Shown: positions 7,667 to 17,026, counted from the first letter of the stretch. The stretch is 32,000 nucleotides of DNA from Candidatus Kuenenia stuttgartensis (GCF_900232105.1 NZ_LT934425.1:1170001-1202000), one strand, 5' to 3'. Notes: generated from the letters alone by a model not told the origin. Numbers and translations are program-made.

Positions 7667-9071
7667 AAAAATCCTTCACTTTGATTGTGCCAGGGAAGAG
7701 TTTTGTAAAGTGTGCTATTATCAATTGGCGGGCAAGCAGCCTCTTATAACAAGAGCTTCCCCGTATATCGCTTATTGGCGATATTTCATGCTGCAGTATT
7801 GGGAATGCGCCTTCTATCGTATTTTTCGTAATCTCTTTTCCTCGAAGATAATCGCATGTGTTCTTCAAAAAAAGGGGGATTTCTGCGACTCCGCCCATGG
7901 TAATGTGTATGTCTCTTATGACACCGCCGTCTTCCTTTACCTTTATTGCGCTGTTTACCGAGGCTACATCCAAATATTTCCTTTTTGAAACCTTCTCCCA
8001 ATTTATTTTTGTTCCGGGGGCGGGAACAGGGAATACTATTTCTGACAAAATCTCTGACGGCGCTTTATCAAGTTTTTTGTATCCTTTGTAAAAAGAGGAA
8101 ATCGGTAATGAACGCGTATCGCTGCCCTGCTTAAGAATCAATGTTGATTCCATTGCAAGCAATAGTATCGTTACATCGGCAATTGGAGAAGCATTCACAA
8201 TATTCCCTCCCACGGTTGCCCTGTTTCTGATTTGCGTGGAAGCAACAAGGGAGATATATTCCTGAATACCGGGAATGGCCTTCATTACTTCCGGGTGATT
8301 AGAAAATGCCTCAAATGTGGTAAGAGCGCCTATACGAAGGAGTCCGTTTTCGCAAACGATATGCTTCATTTCCGAATGTGCGTTGAGCAGGCTAATCAAT
8401 GAGTCTGGCAAAATGTCGCCCTTTTGCACATATAAATCAGTGCCTCCGGAGATGAAAAATCCGGGGGTGGAGGCGGCCTTCTTATATTGTTTCCCGGAAA
8501 TGCTGTTTAATCGTATGGGAATATCCTTGAAATAGTCAGGAATAATTCCCTTTTCAACAAGTGTTTTTACGCCGGTTGCGGTATCAATGTGTTCTTTTAT
8601 CATGCCAAAACTTTGCTTTAAAGACCGGTATCCTGTGCAGCGGCAAAGGTGTCCCCCAAGCATTTTCTTAAAGCCCTCTTTTGTCAGATGACTGGCACAT
8701 TCCATAGCATATCCGGTAAGAGAAACAATAATCCCCGGGGTGCAAAAACCACATTGCGTCGCCCCTTTATCCACAACCGCCTGTTGTATGGGTGAAAGGT
8801 TATCCATGTTTAACCCTTCGATTGTTACCAGATGTTTTCCGTGTAATTCTTCCAACGGCATTAAACAGGAATTTGCAGACTTATAAAAAACCCTGTTATT
8901 TATTAATTCACCGACGAGCACAGTGCATGCCCCGCAATCACCTTCGCGGCATCCTTCCTTTGTACCCGTCAGCTGCTGATTTATGCGAAGGTAATCAAGT
9001 ACTGCTATGCCTGAAGATTCGGCGGTATGCAACTCTTTCTCATTAAGCAGAAAACGTATTTCCTGAACCAT
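7653..9071 (-). CDS. xdhA: Xanthine dehydrogenase small subunit ([2Fe-2S] plus FAD-binding domains)
   Basis: N-terminal CREGDCGACTV and QCGFCTPG...CRCTGY iron-sulfur motifs, followed by an FAD-binding domain (ISGGTDLYV). Fused architecture as in two-subunit bacterial XDH. Confidence 0.85.
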   Translation of the reverse strand: MVQEIRFLLNEKELHTAESSGIAVLDYLRINQQLTGTKEGCREGDCGACTVLVGELINNRVFYKSANSCLMPLEELHGKHLVTIEGLNMDNLSPIQQAVVDKGATQCGFCTPGIIVSLTGYAMECASHLTKEGFKKMLGGHLCRCTGYRSLKQSFGMIKEHIDTATGVKTLVEKGIIPDYFKDIPIRLNSISGKQYKKAASTPGFFISGGTDLYVQKGDILPDSLISLLNAHSEMKHIVCENGLLRIGALTTFEAFSNHPEVMKAIPGIQEYISLVASTQIRNRATVGGNIVNASPIADVTILLLAMESTLILKQGSDTRSLPISSFYKGYKKLDKAPSEILSEIVFPVPAPGTKINWEKVSKRKYLDVASVNSAIKVKEDGGVIRDIHITMGGVAEIPLFLKNTCDYLRGKEITKNTIEGAFPILQHEISPISDIRGSSCYKRLLARQLIIAHFTKLFPGTIKVKDFYESH

Positions 9072-9398
9072 AGTATAATTGCCAATTCATTTTTATATTT
9101 CCCGGAATATTACCATTATCATTACTTTTTACGGCATACTCTTTAAAATCTTTTCTCAGAAAATGCCGCACCCAGGACTTATTTTCCCTATTAAGGCATT
9201 AATATACAAGTAAAAAGGCATTAAACTATTACCCTGTAAAAATTTCTTTTTTTTGGTGGTGGCTATGCGGCGACTCTCTGTTTTAATTACACATTCATAC
9301 CCTACGTTGTATTTACAAATGCGGCTGCAATGTGATAAACTGAGACGTCATGTCCCCTGTTTCCTCTCTTTTTGTAGAAAACCCATTGGATATTGCAC

Positions 9399-12300
9399 AT
9401 GAAAGAATCTATACAACTGCTGCGAAAGCATAAACAATACAAGGAAATTATTCGTCAACTTTCTTTCGGGAAGGATTGTTGTGTCAACGGCCTCTGGGGC
9501 TCCTCTGCGAATTTGTTTGCCGCGGCGGTTGCCAATGAACATTTTTATACAAAAGGGTTGACGCCAAAGATCCTTTTAGTCGTGCCAGACGCTGAAGATG
9601 CACGGGAAGATTGGGAAGATTTGAAGACGTTTTCAAATCTTCCCGTGACGCTGTTTCCGGCGGTTGAAGATATCTTTAATAATGAATCAGATGCGTATGA
9701 GGATATCATGGCGCAGCGGCTGTTCATTTTAAATCAATTATGCCGGAAAAACAAAGACGCCTCACACCAAACGGATGTAATAGTTTCTTCGATTCAGGCG
9801 CTTATACAGCCAGTCCCTTCAAAAAAAACCATCGGCGATAATATCGTTTCTTTTCAAAAAGGCCAGGAATATCCGATGGAGAACCTTATTGGCCTGCTGC
9901 ATTCCCATCATTATCAAGAGACCAGTCAGGTGGAAAATCAGGGTGAATACGCAATTCGTGGGGGTATTATTGATATATTTCCCTTCGCAACGGAAATACC
10001 TTGCCGCATTGAATATTTTGGAGATGAAATTGAATCTGTTCGTAGTTTTAATGTGGAAACCCAGCAATCGGTGGCACAGATAAACAGTTGCCAGATATTA
10101 TTCGTTCATAAAATGTATGGCCTTCATCCCATGCAGGGGGAAATACAAAAAACATCGCTTCTTGATTACCTTAGCGGAGAAACTACCATTATCCTGAAGG
10201 AACCAACAAGGATTGAAAGTAAATTAAGACAGATGCTGGAAATAACCGACTACAAGGAAGCACTCTTCACAGAGGAAGAGATTTTTAAGCAATTAAAGAC
10301 CTTTACGAAAATTACTTTGTCAAAATTGCCGTTTACCACGGAGAACAATGCGTATGCTTTTCAGGTTAAGGCGATAGATGAATTCCCACGACAGATACAG
10401 GATATTGTGGCGGAATTTAAAAAGATTACCGAAGCGCATGATAAAACAATCGTTTTTTGCATAAATCCCGCGGAAGAACAACGTTTTCGGGAAATAACAA
10501 GCGGCTTGCCCGAAGGCTTGCAGAGGTTTGAGCTTCGACGCGGATATATAAGCCAGGGATTCCGATTTGCCGATATCAATATAGCCATCCTTGCAAACCA
10601 TGAAATCTTCCATCGTTACAAACAGCACCACGAGGTTAAAAAGGTGGTGCAAACCCGGGCAATCGACTCGTTTCTTGACCTGAAGAAAGGGGACTATATA
10701 GTACACGTCACCCACGGCATAGGGCGTTTTTTGGGTATTGAGATTATTGAGGATGATGGCTGTAAGAGGGAATATCTTGTTCTGGAATACGATGAGGGAA
10801 CAAAAATATATGTACCTGCAACAAAGATCGAACTTGTTCAAAAGTACATTGGCGCTTCCGGCCATAAGGCAAAATTGGATAAGATTCATTCTAAATCGTG
10901 GGAGATGCGCAAAAAGCGTGCAGAACATGCCGTTGCGGACATTGCAAGCGATTTATTGCATATTCAGGCGTCGAGAAACGCGAAGGAGGGCATTACCTAC
11001 CCTCCGGATACGAAATGGCAAAGGGACTTTGAATCAGCGTTTATATACGAAGAAACGCCTGATCAATTACAGGTTTTGGAGACAATAAAGTCTGACATGC
11101 AATCAAAGAGACCGATGGACCGTCTTATTTGCGGAGACGTCGGTTATGGAAAAACAGAGCTTGCCATTCGGGCGGCATTTAAAGCAGCAATGTATGGCAA
11201 ACAGGCGGCGGTTCTGGTGCCCACCACAATTCTGGCGCAGCAGCATTACACTACGTTTTCTGAGCGCATGGCGGACTATCCGGTAGAAATTGAAGTCTTG
11301 AGCCGGTTGAAATCTCATAAGGAACAAAAGGATATTTTGGAGAAAACGCTGGCAGGAAAGATTGATATCCTCATCGGCACTCACCGGCTGTTGCAAAAGG
11401 ATGTTGTCTTTAAAGACCTTGGGCTTGTTATTATTGATGAAGAACAGCGGTTTGGCGTTGCCCACAAAGAACGGTTTAAGAAGATGCGGCAGGTGGTTGA
11501 TATGCTGACTCTGACGGCCACGCCCATACCAAGAACGCTTCATATGTCTCTGATGGGAATTAAGGACATTTCTTCGCTAAATACCCCGCCGCTGGGAAGG
11601 CAGTCCATTAGGACACAAATCATGCGATTTGACCCTCAACGCATCAGGCAAGCCATATTGCTCGAAATGAACAGAAACGGGCAGGTATATTTCGTCCATA
11701 ACAGGGTGTATAATATCGAGCGCATCGCGCACACCCTATCCACTATAGTGCCGGAGGCGAGAATTTTAGTCGTTCACGGACAAATGATGGATGAAAAGCT
11801 TTTAGCACAGAGAATGAAAGATTTTGTAGATCATAAGGCGGATATTCTTGTTTCTACCACAATAATAGAGTCCGGGCTGGATATACCAAATGTGAATACC
11901 ATCTTTATTAACTGCGCAGACTCCTTTGGCCTTGCCGATTTGCATCAATTGCGTGGCAGGGTGGGAAGATACAAACATCATGCATATGCGTATATTGTTT
12001 TACCCATTGATCGTCCGGTAACCCCTGAAGCTGAAAAAAGGGTGAAGGCGATTGAAGAATTTGCGGAACTGGGCGCCGGATTTAAAATAGCTATGCGGGA
12101 TCTCGAAATCAGAGGGGCGGGAAATATCCTGGGGGTGGAACAGCACGGCCACATAGCGGCAGTAGGTTATGAGATGTATTGCCGTTTGCTGGAGATAGCC
12201 GTATGCAAGGCACGTAATGAACCCGTCAGCGAACCTCCCGATGTCTCATTGAAATTAAATCTGGAATCCTTTCTCCCTGACGAATATATCCCGGAATATA

Positions 12301-12677
12301 GTTTGAAAATGGATATTTACCGAAGGTTGAATCGTTCCAATACCTTCAAAGAAATTGACGAGATCAGGAAAGAAATGATTGACCGGTTTGGGAATGCGCC
12401 TCAATCAGTAAAAAACCTGCTTTCCGAGAGTGAGCTAAGAATCATTGCAAGGGATTCGAAAATCCGTTCTATAGTCCGGGTAAACAACACCCTCATCATC
12501 CAGGTAAATGATTTAAAAAAGGCGGAGATTTGCCTTTCTAAGTTGAAGAAAAATATACGGGTAATTAATAATGACACATTGCATCTAAGGCTGTTAAAAG
12601 ATAGGATGCATCCCGAAGATTTGGTGCATTATTTAAAAAAATCTTTGACTGATACCGATACTGCCAGGTATTCATGA
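9399..12677 (+). CDS. mfd: Transcription-repair coupling factor Mfd
   Basis: About 1,090 aa. CarD-like segment GDYIVHVTHGIGRF, helicase motifs GDVGYGKTE and DEEQRFGV, and a C-terminal TRCF domain. The ORF track starts at TTG 9393; ATG at 9399 is preferred. Confidence 0.92.
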   Translation: MKESIQLLRKHKQYKEIIRQLSFGKDCCVNGLWGSSANLFAAAVANEHFYTKGLTPKILLVVPDAEDAREDWEDLKTFSNLPVTLFPAVEDIFNNESDAYEDIMAQRLFILNQLCRKNKDASHQTDVIVSSIQALIQPVPSKKTIGDNIVSFQKGQEYPMENLIGLLHSHHYQETSQVENQGEYAIRGGIIDIFPFATEIPCRIEYFGDEIESVRSFNVETQQSVAQINSCQILFVHKMYGLHPMQGEIQKTSLLDYLSGETTIILKEPTRIESKLRQMLEITDYKEALFTEEEIFKQLKTFTKITLSKLPFTTENNAYAFQVKAIDEFPRQIQDIVAEFKKITEAHDKTIVFCINPAEEQRFREITSGLPEGLQRFELRRGYISQGFRFADINIAILANHEIFHRYKQHHEVKKVVQTRAIDSFLDLKKGDYIVHVTHGIGRFLGIEIIEDDGCKREYLVLEYDEGTKIYVPATKIELVQKYIGASGHKAKLDKIHSKSWEMRKKRAEHAVADIASDLLHIQASRNAKEGITYPPDTKWQRDFESAFIYEETPDQLQVLETIKSDMQSKRPMDRLICGDVGYGKTELAIRAAFKAAMYGKQAAVLVPTTILAQQHYTTFSERMADYPVEIEVLSRLKSHKEQKDILEKTLAGKIDILIGTHRLLQKDVVFKDLGLVIIDEEQRFGVAHKERFKKMRQVVDMLTLTATPIPRTLHMSLMGIKDISSLNTPPLGRQSIRTQIMRFDPQRIRQAILLEMNRNGQVYFVHNRVYNIERIAHTLSTIVPEARILVVHGQMMDEKLLAQRMKDFVDHKADILVSTTIIESGLDIPNVNTIFINCADSFGLADLHQLRGRVGRYKHHAYAYIVLPIDRPVTPEAEKRVKAIEEFAELGAGFKIAMRDLEIRGAGNILGVEQHGHIAAVGYEMYCRLLEIAVCKARNEPVSEPPDVSLKLNLESFLPDEYIPEYSLKMDIYRRLNRSNTFKEIDEIRKEMIDRFGNAPQSVKNLLSESELRIIARDSKIRSIVRVNNTLIIQVNDLKKAEICLSKLKKNIRVINNDTLHLRLLKDRMHPEDLVHYLKKSLTDTDTARYS

Positions 12678-12801
12678 TTTTTCACAACGTATAGTTAATT
12701 TCTGATCATTTGTATGCATAGGTAGTTATTCGCTGTTTGGAAAACGAAAGAGACGCCTTGAGTGAAAAATCTTATCATGGCACAGGATTCTGTTATACTA
12801 C

Positions 12802-12829
12802 TTGACATAGTGGGATGAAAGTGTAGGAT
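12802..12829 (+). promoter_or_regulatory. Putative sigma70 promoter TTGACA-N16-TAGGAT for the small ORF
   Basis: TTGACA at 12802-12807 and TAGGAT at 12824-12829, about 100 nt upstream of ATG 12931. Confidence 0.35.
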
Positions 12830-12930
12830 ATGTAACGATTTTGTATGTGGCAAGAAAGGCATAGGTGGCATTTTCCAACCAAATATCCCTTAAACCGTTT
12901 ATAAATTTTTATAGAAAGAGAGGTTTTTTA

Positions 12931-13113
12931 ATGAAAAACGTGGAATTATCTGTAGAAGGAAACATACTCACCATAAAGATAGACCTGTCAAAAGAATTTG
13001 GACTTTCTTCGTCCGGAAAGAACATTATTGTTGCATCAACGGAGGGAAATGTTACCATCCCCGACCGTGAAGAAAAGATCGGAATGAACGTTTACCGGAA
13101 ACAAACAACGTAA
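12931..13113 (+). CDS. Small hypothetical protein (60 aa)
   Basis: ATG at 12931 is preceded by AGAAAGAGAGG; the ORF-track start at 12865 is probably an extension. Followed by a strong terminator. No family recognised. Confidence 0.5.
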   Translation: MKNVELSVEGNILTIKIDLSKEFGLSSSGKNIIVASTEGNVTIPDREEKIGMNVYRKQTT

Positions 13114-13154
13114 AAGTGGACGGGGGAAAAAAACGACCTATGCAGTAAATAGTT

Positions 13155-13203
13155 CAAAAAAAGGGTTCACAGGAAGCGAGTCATTTCCTGTGAACCCTTT
13201 TTG
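13155..13203. terminator. Bidirectional intrinsic terminator between the small ORF and flagellin
   Basis: 13-bp perfect stem GGGTTCACAGGAA / TTCCTGTGAACCC with a 9-nt loop, flanked by an A-run upstream and a T-run downstream. Confidence 0.85.
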
Positions 13204-13236
13204 ATTAATCTGGCTCTCTGTCTGCATCAATGCTAC

Positions 13237-14139
13237 TTATTGAAATAACTGCATTATGCTTTGAGGCCCTGCATTTGCCTGCGCCAGCATAGCGCTTGCA
13301 GTCTGTTGTAATATTTGAAACTTTGTTGACTCTAACTGTTCGTATGCCATGTCCGCATCTTCAATCCTGCTCCTGGCCGCCTCAGTATTCGTCCTCGCTA
13401 CAGTTAAACTGGTTTCCTGATAGGTCAGCCTGTTAACTACTGCACCAATGTAACTCAATCCTTCTGATACATCCGCAATGGCGGTATCTATATTGCTCAT
13501 CAATGCCTGCGCGGATGCCGAAGAAGTAACCGCCCTGCCCGCCGTAGCAACACTTACCCGCAATCCATCAGCCTTATAGTTTGTATTGCTGTCATCAAAG
13601 CTTACATTGTCTTTTGCTAACAAGTCAAACTTCAACACGTCATTGGTGCTGCTTGCCCCTGCGCCAATCTGGAATTTAAACTGCACGCTACTTGCCGCTC
13701 CTGAACCTGTAGCAGAATTTCCTGTACCAAATATTGACTGGGAATTCCATGTAGCCTGGGTAACTTCAAGATCGATTTGCGTTGCCAATGCTTTGAGTTC
13801 CGACTGAATAGCGTTACGTTCTGCACTCCCTAACGAATCGTCTGCCGCCTGCGTTGCCTTTGTTTTCATCTGTGTCAAAATATCAAGGATATTATTCAGA
13901 TGGCCTTCCGCAACCGCCATAAGATTCTTGGCAGAACCTATGTTTGCAAGGGCCTGGCCAAGCCCTTGTGAACGGGCATTGAATTTTTTGGCAATCGTAA
14001 AACCCGCAGCGTCATCGGCGGCATTATTAATTCTTTTGCCCGTCGCAAGCCTTAATTGCGAAACCGACAATTTCGAATTAATGTCATTTAACGACCGTAA
14101 CGCATTCAACGCATTAATATTTGTGTTTATCCTACTCAT
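13237..14139 (-). CDS. fliC: Flagellin (300 aa)
   Basis: N-terminal MSRINTNINALNA...RLATGKRINNAADDAAG and C-terminal ...LQQTASAMLAQANAGPQSIMQLFQ. Start placed at ATG 14139, 7 nt after GGAAAGGAG; the ORF-track start is 14157. Confidence 0.92.
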   Translation of the reverse strand: MSRINTNINALNALRSLNDINSKLSVSQLRLATGKRINNAADDAAGFTIAKKFNARSQGLGQALANIGSAKNLMAVAEGHLNNILDILTQMKTKATQAADDSLGSAERNAIQSELKALATQIDLEVTQATWNSQSIFGTGNSATGSGAASSVQFKFQIGAGASSTNDVLKFDLLAKDNVSFDDSNTNYKADGLRVSVATAGRAVTSSASAQALMSNIDTAIADVSEGLSYIGAVVNRLTYQETSLTVARTNTEAARSRIEDADMAYEQLESTKFQILQQTASAMLAQANAGPQSIMQLFQ

Positions 14140-14247
14140 AACCGGACTCCTTTCCAAAAAAACATGTAATTAATTCCTTTCTAACAGTAAAAACGAAACA
14201 TGTTACTCATTTTTGTTGCTATAGCAAAAACCTTGTAAACAAAGAAT

Positions 14248-14263
14248 AGCAATGCGTATGCCA
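14248..14263 (-). promoter_or_regulatory. Sigma54 (-24/-12) promoter upstream of flagellin
   Basis: The minus strand reads TGGCATacgcaTTGCT, against the consensus TGGCAC-N5-TTGCW with correct spacing. It lies about 108 nt upstream of the flagellin ATG. Confidence 0.65.
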
Positions 14264-14364
14264 CTGAATATTTACACCGCGGTAACAAGGCGTATCTGCC
14301 GCATTTACAATACAATAAGATGATTATTTATTATTTTATACGCGATTATTAAAGGGTTTAATTA

Positions 14365-14389
14365 TTCAACAACCGAAAGATTTGTTGAA
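14365..14389. promoter_or_regulatory. Inverted repeat TTCAACAA-N9-TTGTTGAA, candidate enhancer-binding-protein site (UAS)
   Basis: Perfect 8-bp arms centred about 115 bp upstream of the -24 element. This is the usual distance for a sigma54 activator site. Confidence 0.35.
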
Positions 14390-14700
14390 AATTTTTCCGA
14401 TCAATTGGGAAAGTATTTCTTGTGTTATTTATCCATAAAACCGGCTTTGTTCGTTTTTTGTTTTTTGATAAGCAATGATGTTTTTTTTGTAAAAAACAGT
14501 GATGAAACATATTGAATAGCTGCAATATTATTTTGCGAACAGTGAAAAATGGTTTGCAGTGTAAATGTCAAAAAAAATTTCTTGCCTTACCTCCGAAGTG
14601 TGATATTCTTTCGCTAATAACCCGCCGCCGTAGACGTAGAATGTTAGGATTAGTAGAAATTTCTTTGCATTTTTTTGGCAAAATATTTAATGGTCACTTT

Positions 14701-14752
14701 TGCAGTCGGCAGATTGAAGATTGAGGACTGTAGACTGTTTTCTTGCTTGTTT
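14701..14752 (-). repeat. Intergenic repeat family 2, copy B (inverted) with shared tail
   Basis: tgcagtcggcagattgaagatTGAGGACtgtagactgttttcttgcttgttt. The tail is 27/30 identical to 20312-20341. Confidence 0.8.
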
Positions 14753-14809
14753 GTTTGTTTCCTGCTATGCCAGTTCAGGATTTTTGAGAGAATATCTGTA
14801 CTATTTCAA

Positions 14810-15730
14810 ATGGACGAATTTCCTTTAATCAAGTGGATAAGAAACAGAAAGAAAAAATCAAATGCCGTTGTATGCGGCATTGGAGATGACTGTGCGGTTA
14901 TAAATACTGGCAAAAATACCTTATGCCTGATAACCACGGACATGTTGGTAGAAGGCACACATTTTGACCTAAATAAATATAATGCGTCCGAAGTAGGAAG
15001 GAAGGCAATTGCCTGCAGCATTAGCGACATAGCGTCTATGGGCTGCAAACCATCCGTTGCGGTAATTTCTCTCTGTTTTCCACACGGAACAAAAAACAGT
15101 TTTGCAAAAAGGTTATATGCCGGCATATGGGAAATAGCAGATAAATATGATATCGATATTGTCGGAGGAGATATCATTAGCGGAGAAGGCCCTTTTTGTA
15201 TTAATGTTACCTTGCTGGGAAAGAATGAGGGATTAATGCCTGTATATCGTTCCGGTGCAAAAGCAGGAGATAAAATTTTAGTGACGGGAAGACTTGGCGG
15301 TTCTTTATTGGGCAAACATATGTTTTTTGAACCACGATTAGATGAAGGCATTGCGTTGAACAAAAATTTTACTGTCCATGCCATGATAGATATCAGCGAC
15401 GGATTGACTGCGGATTTGAATCATATATTGGAAGAAAGCGGGGTGGGAGCTGTTTTGTTTGAAGATAAAATCCCCGTGTCTGACGACGCATTAAAAATAT
15501 CGAAAAAAACGGGGAAAACCCCGATTCATCACGCCTTCTCCGATGGGGAAGATTATGAACTGTTGGCGGTATTGTCAAAAACACAGGCGGAAAAGGTATT
15601 GACGTCAGATTTATTTCATGGCCTGGAGATAAGTTGTATAGGAGAAATTGTTGAAGATAAAGGACTTTGGCTGAGGGACGGGAAGGGTAAATTGCGCCGG
15701 ATACGACCTAAAGGTTATAAACATTGTTAA
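14810..15730 (+). CDS. thiL: Thiamine-monophosphate kinase
   Basis: 306 aa starting MDEFPLIKWI; motifs GIGDDCAV, TTDMLVEGTHF and DISDGL of the AIR-synthase-related family. The ORF-track start at 14675 reads through the upstream repeat and is rejected. Confidence 0.88.
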   Translation: MDEFPLIKWIRNRKKKSNAVVCGIGDDCAVINTGKNTLCLITTDMLVEGTHFDLNKYNASEVGRKAIACSISDIASMGCKPSVAVISLCFPHGTKNSFAKRLYAGIWEIADKYDIDIVGGDIISGEGPFCINVTLLGKNEGLMPVYRSGAKAGDKILVTGRLGGSLLGKHMFFEPRLDEGIALNKNFTVHAMIDISDGLTADLNHILEESGVGAVLFEDKIPVSDDALKISKKTGKTPIHHAFSDGEDYELLAVLSKTQAEKVLTSDLFHGLEISCIGEIVEDKGLWLRDGKGKLRRIRPKGYKHC

Positions 15731-15761
15731 ACCTAAGCTGGCATAGCCGGAAGTGTAAAAA

Positions 15762-15803
15762 CAGTCCTCAATCTGCAATCTACCGACTGTAGATTGTAGA
15801 GAG
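15762..15803 (+). repeat. Intergenic repeat family 2, copy C
   Basis: caGTCCTCAATCTGCAatctaccgactgtagattgtagagag, starting 31 nt after the thiL stop. Confidence 0.8.
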
Positions 15804-15847
15804 TAACTTTCATTTTGCTGAGCATTTTCAAAAAACCAAAAAGAATT

Positions 15848-16354
15848 ATGGATGGTGCAGGAACATTGGCGAAAAAAGGGCATGAAATAATTTTCACCAG
15901 CAAAAATGCAGAGGAAACAATAAAATTTGGTAAAGCATTAGGCACATTATTAACAAATGGGCATGTCGTTGCCTTGATTGGCGACCTGGGCACTGGAAAA
16001 ACTACCATGGTAAAAGGAATAGTTACAGGACTTGACGTCAAGGATAGCAGAAATGTAAAAAGTCCCACCTTTTCTCTGGCGCACAAATATAATGGCCGCA
16101 TTCCTGTTTATCATATAGACGCCTACAGACTATCAGGGTCACAGGAATTATTGGATATAGGCAGTGATGAAATGATCTTTGGAAATGGCGTGACAATAAT
16201 AGAATGGGCAGACAACGTACCCGACAGCCTTCCTGAAGAATATTTGAAAATAACATTAACACATGTTTCTGAAGAACGAAGGAACATAAAAGCATGCGCT
16301 TACGGCAAACGTTACGATCAAATAATACAATTATTACGCGATTGGTGCGATTGA
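15848..16354 (+). CDS. tsaE: tRNA t6A37 biosynthesis ATPase TsaE (YjeE)
   Basis: GDLGTGKTT P-loop, then SPTFSLAHKY and YHIDAYRL motifs. Start at 15848 is preferred over the ORF-track start at 15815. Confidence 0.85.
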   Translation: MDGAGTLAKKGHEIIFTSKNAEETIKFGKALGTLLTNGHVVALIGDLGTGKTTMVKGIVTGLDVKDSRNVKSPTFSLAHKYNGRIPVYHIDAYRLSGSQELLDIGSDEMIFGNGVTIIEWADNVPDSLPEEYLKITLTHVSEERRNIKACAYGKRYDQIIQLLRDWCD

Positions 16355-16486
16355 CCGGATTCGTAGTAATGCAAAGTGACCGCAATTGCAGAACAAAGCG
16401 AGAGTGTTTTTCTCTTTTTTTGTAAGATACTTTAACCCTGCCGAGTTCTATGCCTGCCGCACAGGCGGTATAATCAACGAATTTCC

Positions 16487-16723
16487 TTATACTGCCTGCC
16501 TGATACGTTTCGTGGAAATACCAGATCTTTTCTCCTTGTTATTACATGAGGGATATCCATTATTTATCCGGTTTCCCTCGAGATATTCATGGATATCGCC
16601 TTCCATAAACTTTGTCCGTCCTCCGATCCGGTAGCCTTTTATTCTCCCTTCCTTCAGATAACGCATCAGTGTCTTTCTGTCGATGCCTATTCTCTGTGCT
16701 GTTTGTGTAGTGGTATACCACAT
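16487..16723 (-). CDS. Excisionase-family helix-turn-helix DNA-binding protein (78 aa)
   Basis: YTTTQTAQRIGIDRKTLMRYLKEGRIKGYRIGGRTKFMEGDIHEYLE matches the excisionase/MerR-like HTH_17 pattern. Confidence 0.7.
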   Translation of the reverse strand: MWYTTTQTAQRIGIDRKTLMRYLKEGRIKGYRIGGRTKFMEGDIHEYLEGNRINNGYPSCNNKEKRSGISTKRIRQAV

Positions 16724-16997
16724 GGTGAAACCTCCTTACGCTTATGATTATAAAAAAGATATTAACAGGTGAATGCATGTTCACCATTATATCCTTTTGA
16801 AATAAACAGTCAACGTTTTTTTGAAGACGATTACTCCAAAAAGTTGTTATTAGTAATATTATTGCGTTTATCAATTGTTTGCCGTTTGTAACAATTCCGT
16901 GGCTTCAGGAATGGCATGGCTTGCTGATGGGATAGTGCAGTTAGGGATCGGTTGGCAGCGCTTAAGAATTTTATTTTCAAAATATTTTATATTTTTC

Positions 16998-17026
16998 TTG
17001 TTATAAAGGAAAATTGCGTATATACT
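16998..17026 (+). promoter_or_regulatory. Putative sigma70 promoter TTGTTA-N17-TATACT for the cold-shock gene
   Basis: Hexamers at 16998-17003 and 17021-17026. This would give a leader of about 138 nt, similar in length to known csp leaders. Confidence 0.4.

Noticed and set aside
10320-10928. 202-aa minus-strand ORF inside mfd, and similar long antisense ORFs at 14806-15384, 21232-21708 and 23045-23533
   Set aside because: Each lies entirely within, and antisense to, a strongly supported conserved gene (mfd, thiL, the AI-2E transporter gene, the HlyD adaptor gene). None has a recognisable motif.
14140-14520. Sigma28 (FliA) promoter for flagellin
   Set aside because: No TAAA-N15-GCCGATAA-like motif occurs on the flagellin strand. 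The only CCGAT-containing stretch (14393-14404) is on the opposite strand with off-consensus spacing. A sigma54 motif fits far better.
14675-14809. N-terminal 45-codon extension of thiL given in the ORF track
   Set aside because: The extension reads straight through intergenic repeat copy B and encodes an implausible Cys/Phe-rich peptide. The ThiL homology begins at MDEFPLIKW (ATG 14810).
14738-14809. Possible TPP (THI-box) riboswitch upstream of thiL, prompted by a TGAGAG motif
   Set aside because: The conserved THI-box elements (CUGAGA paired with ACCUGAUCUGGAUAAUGCCAGCG-like sequence) are absent. The region is only about 70 nt and is largely occupied by the repeat tail.
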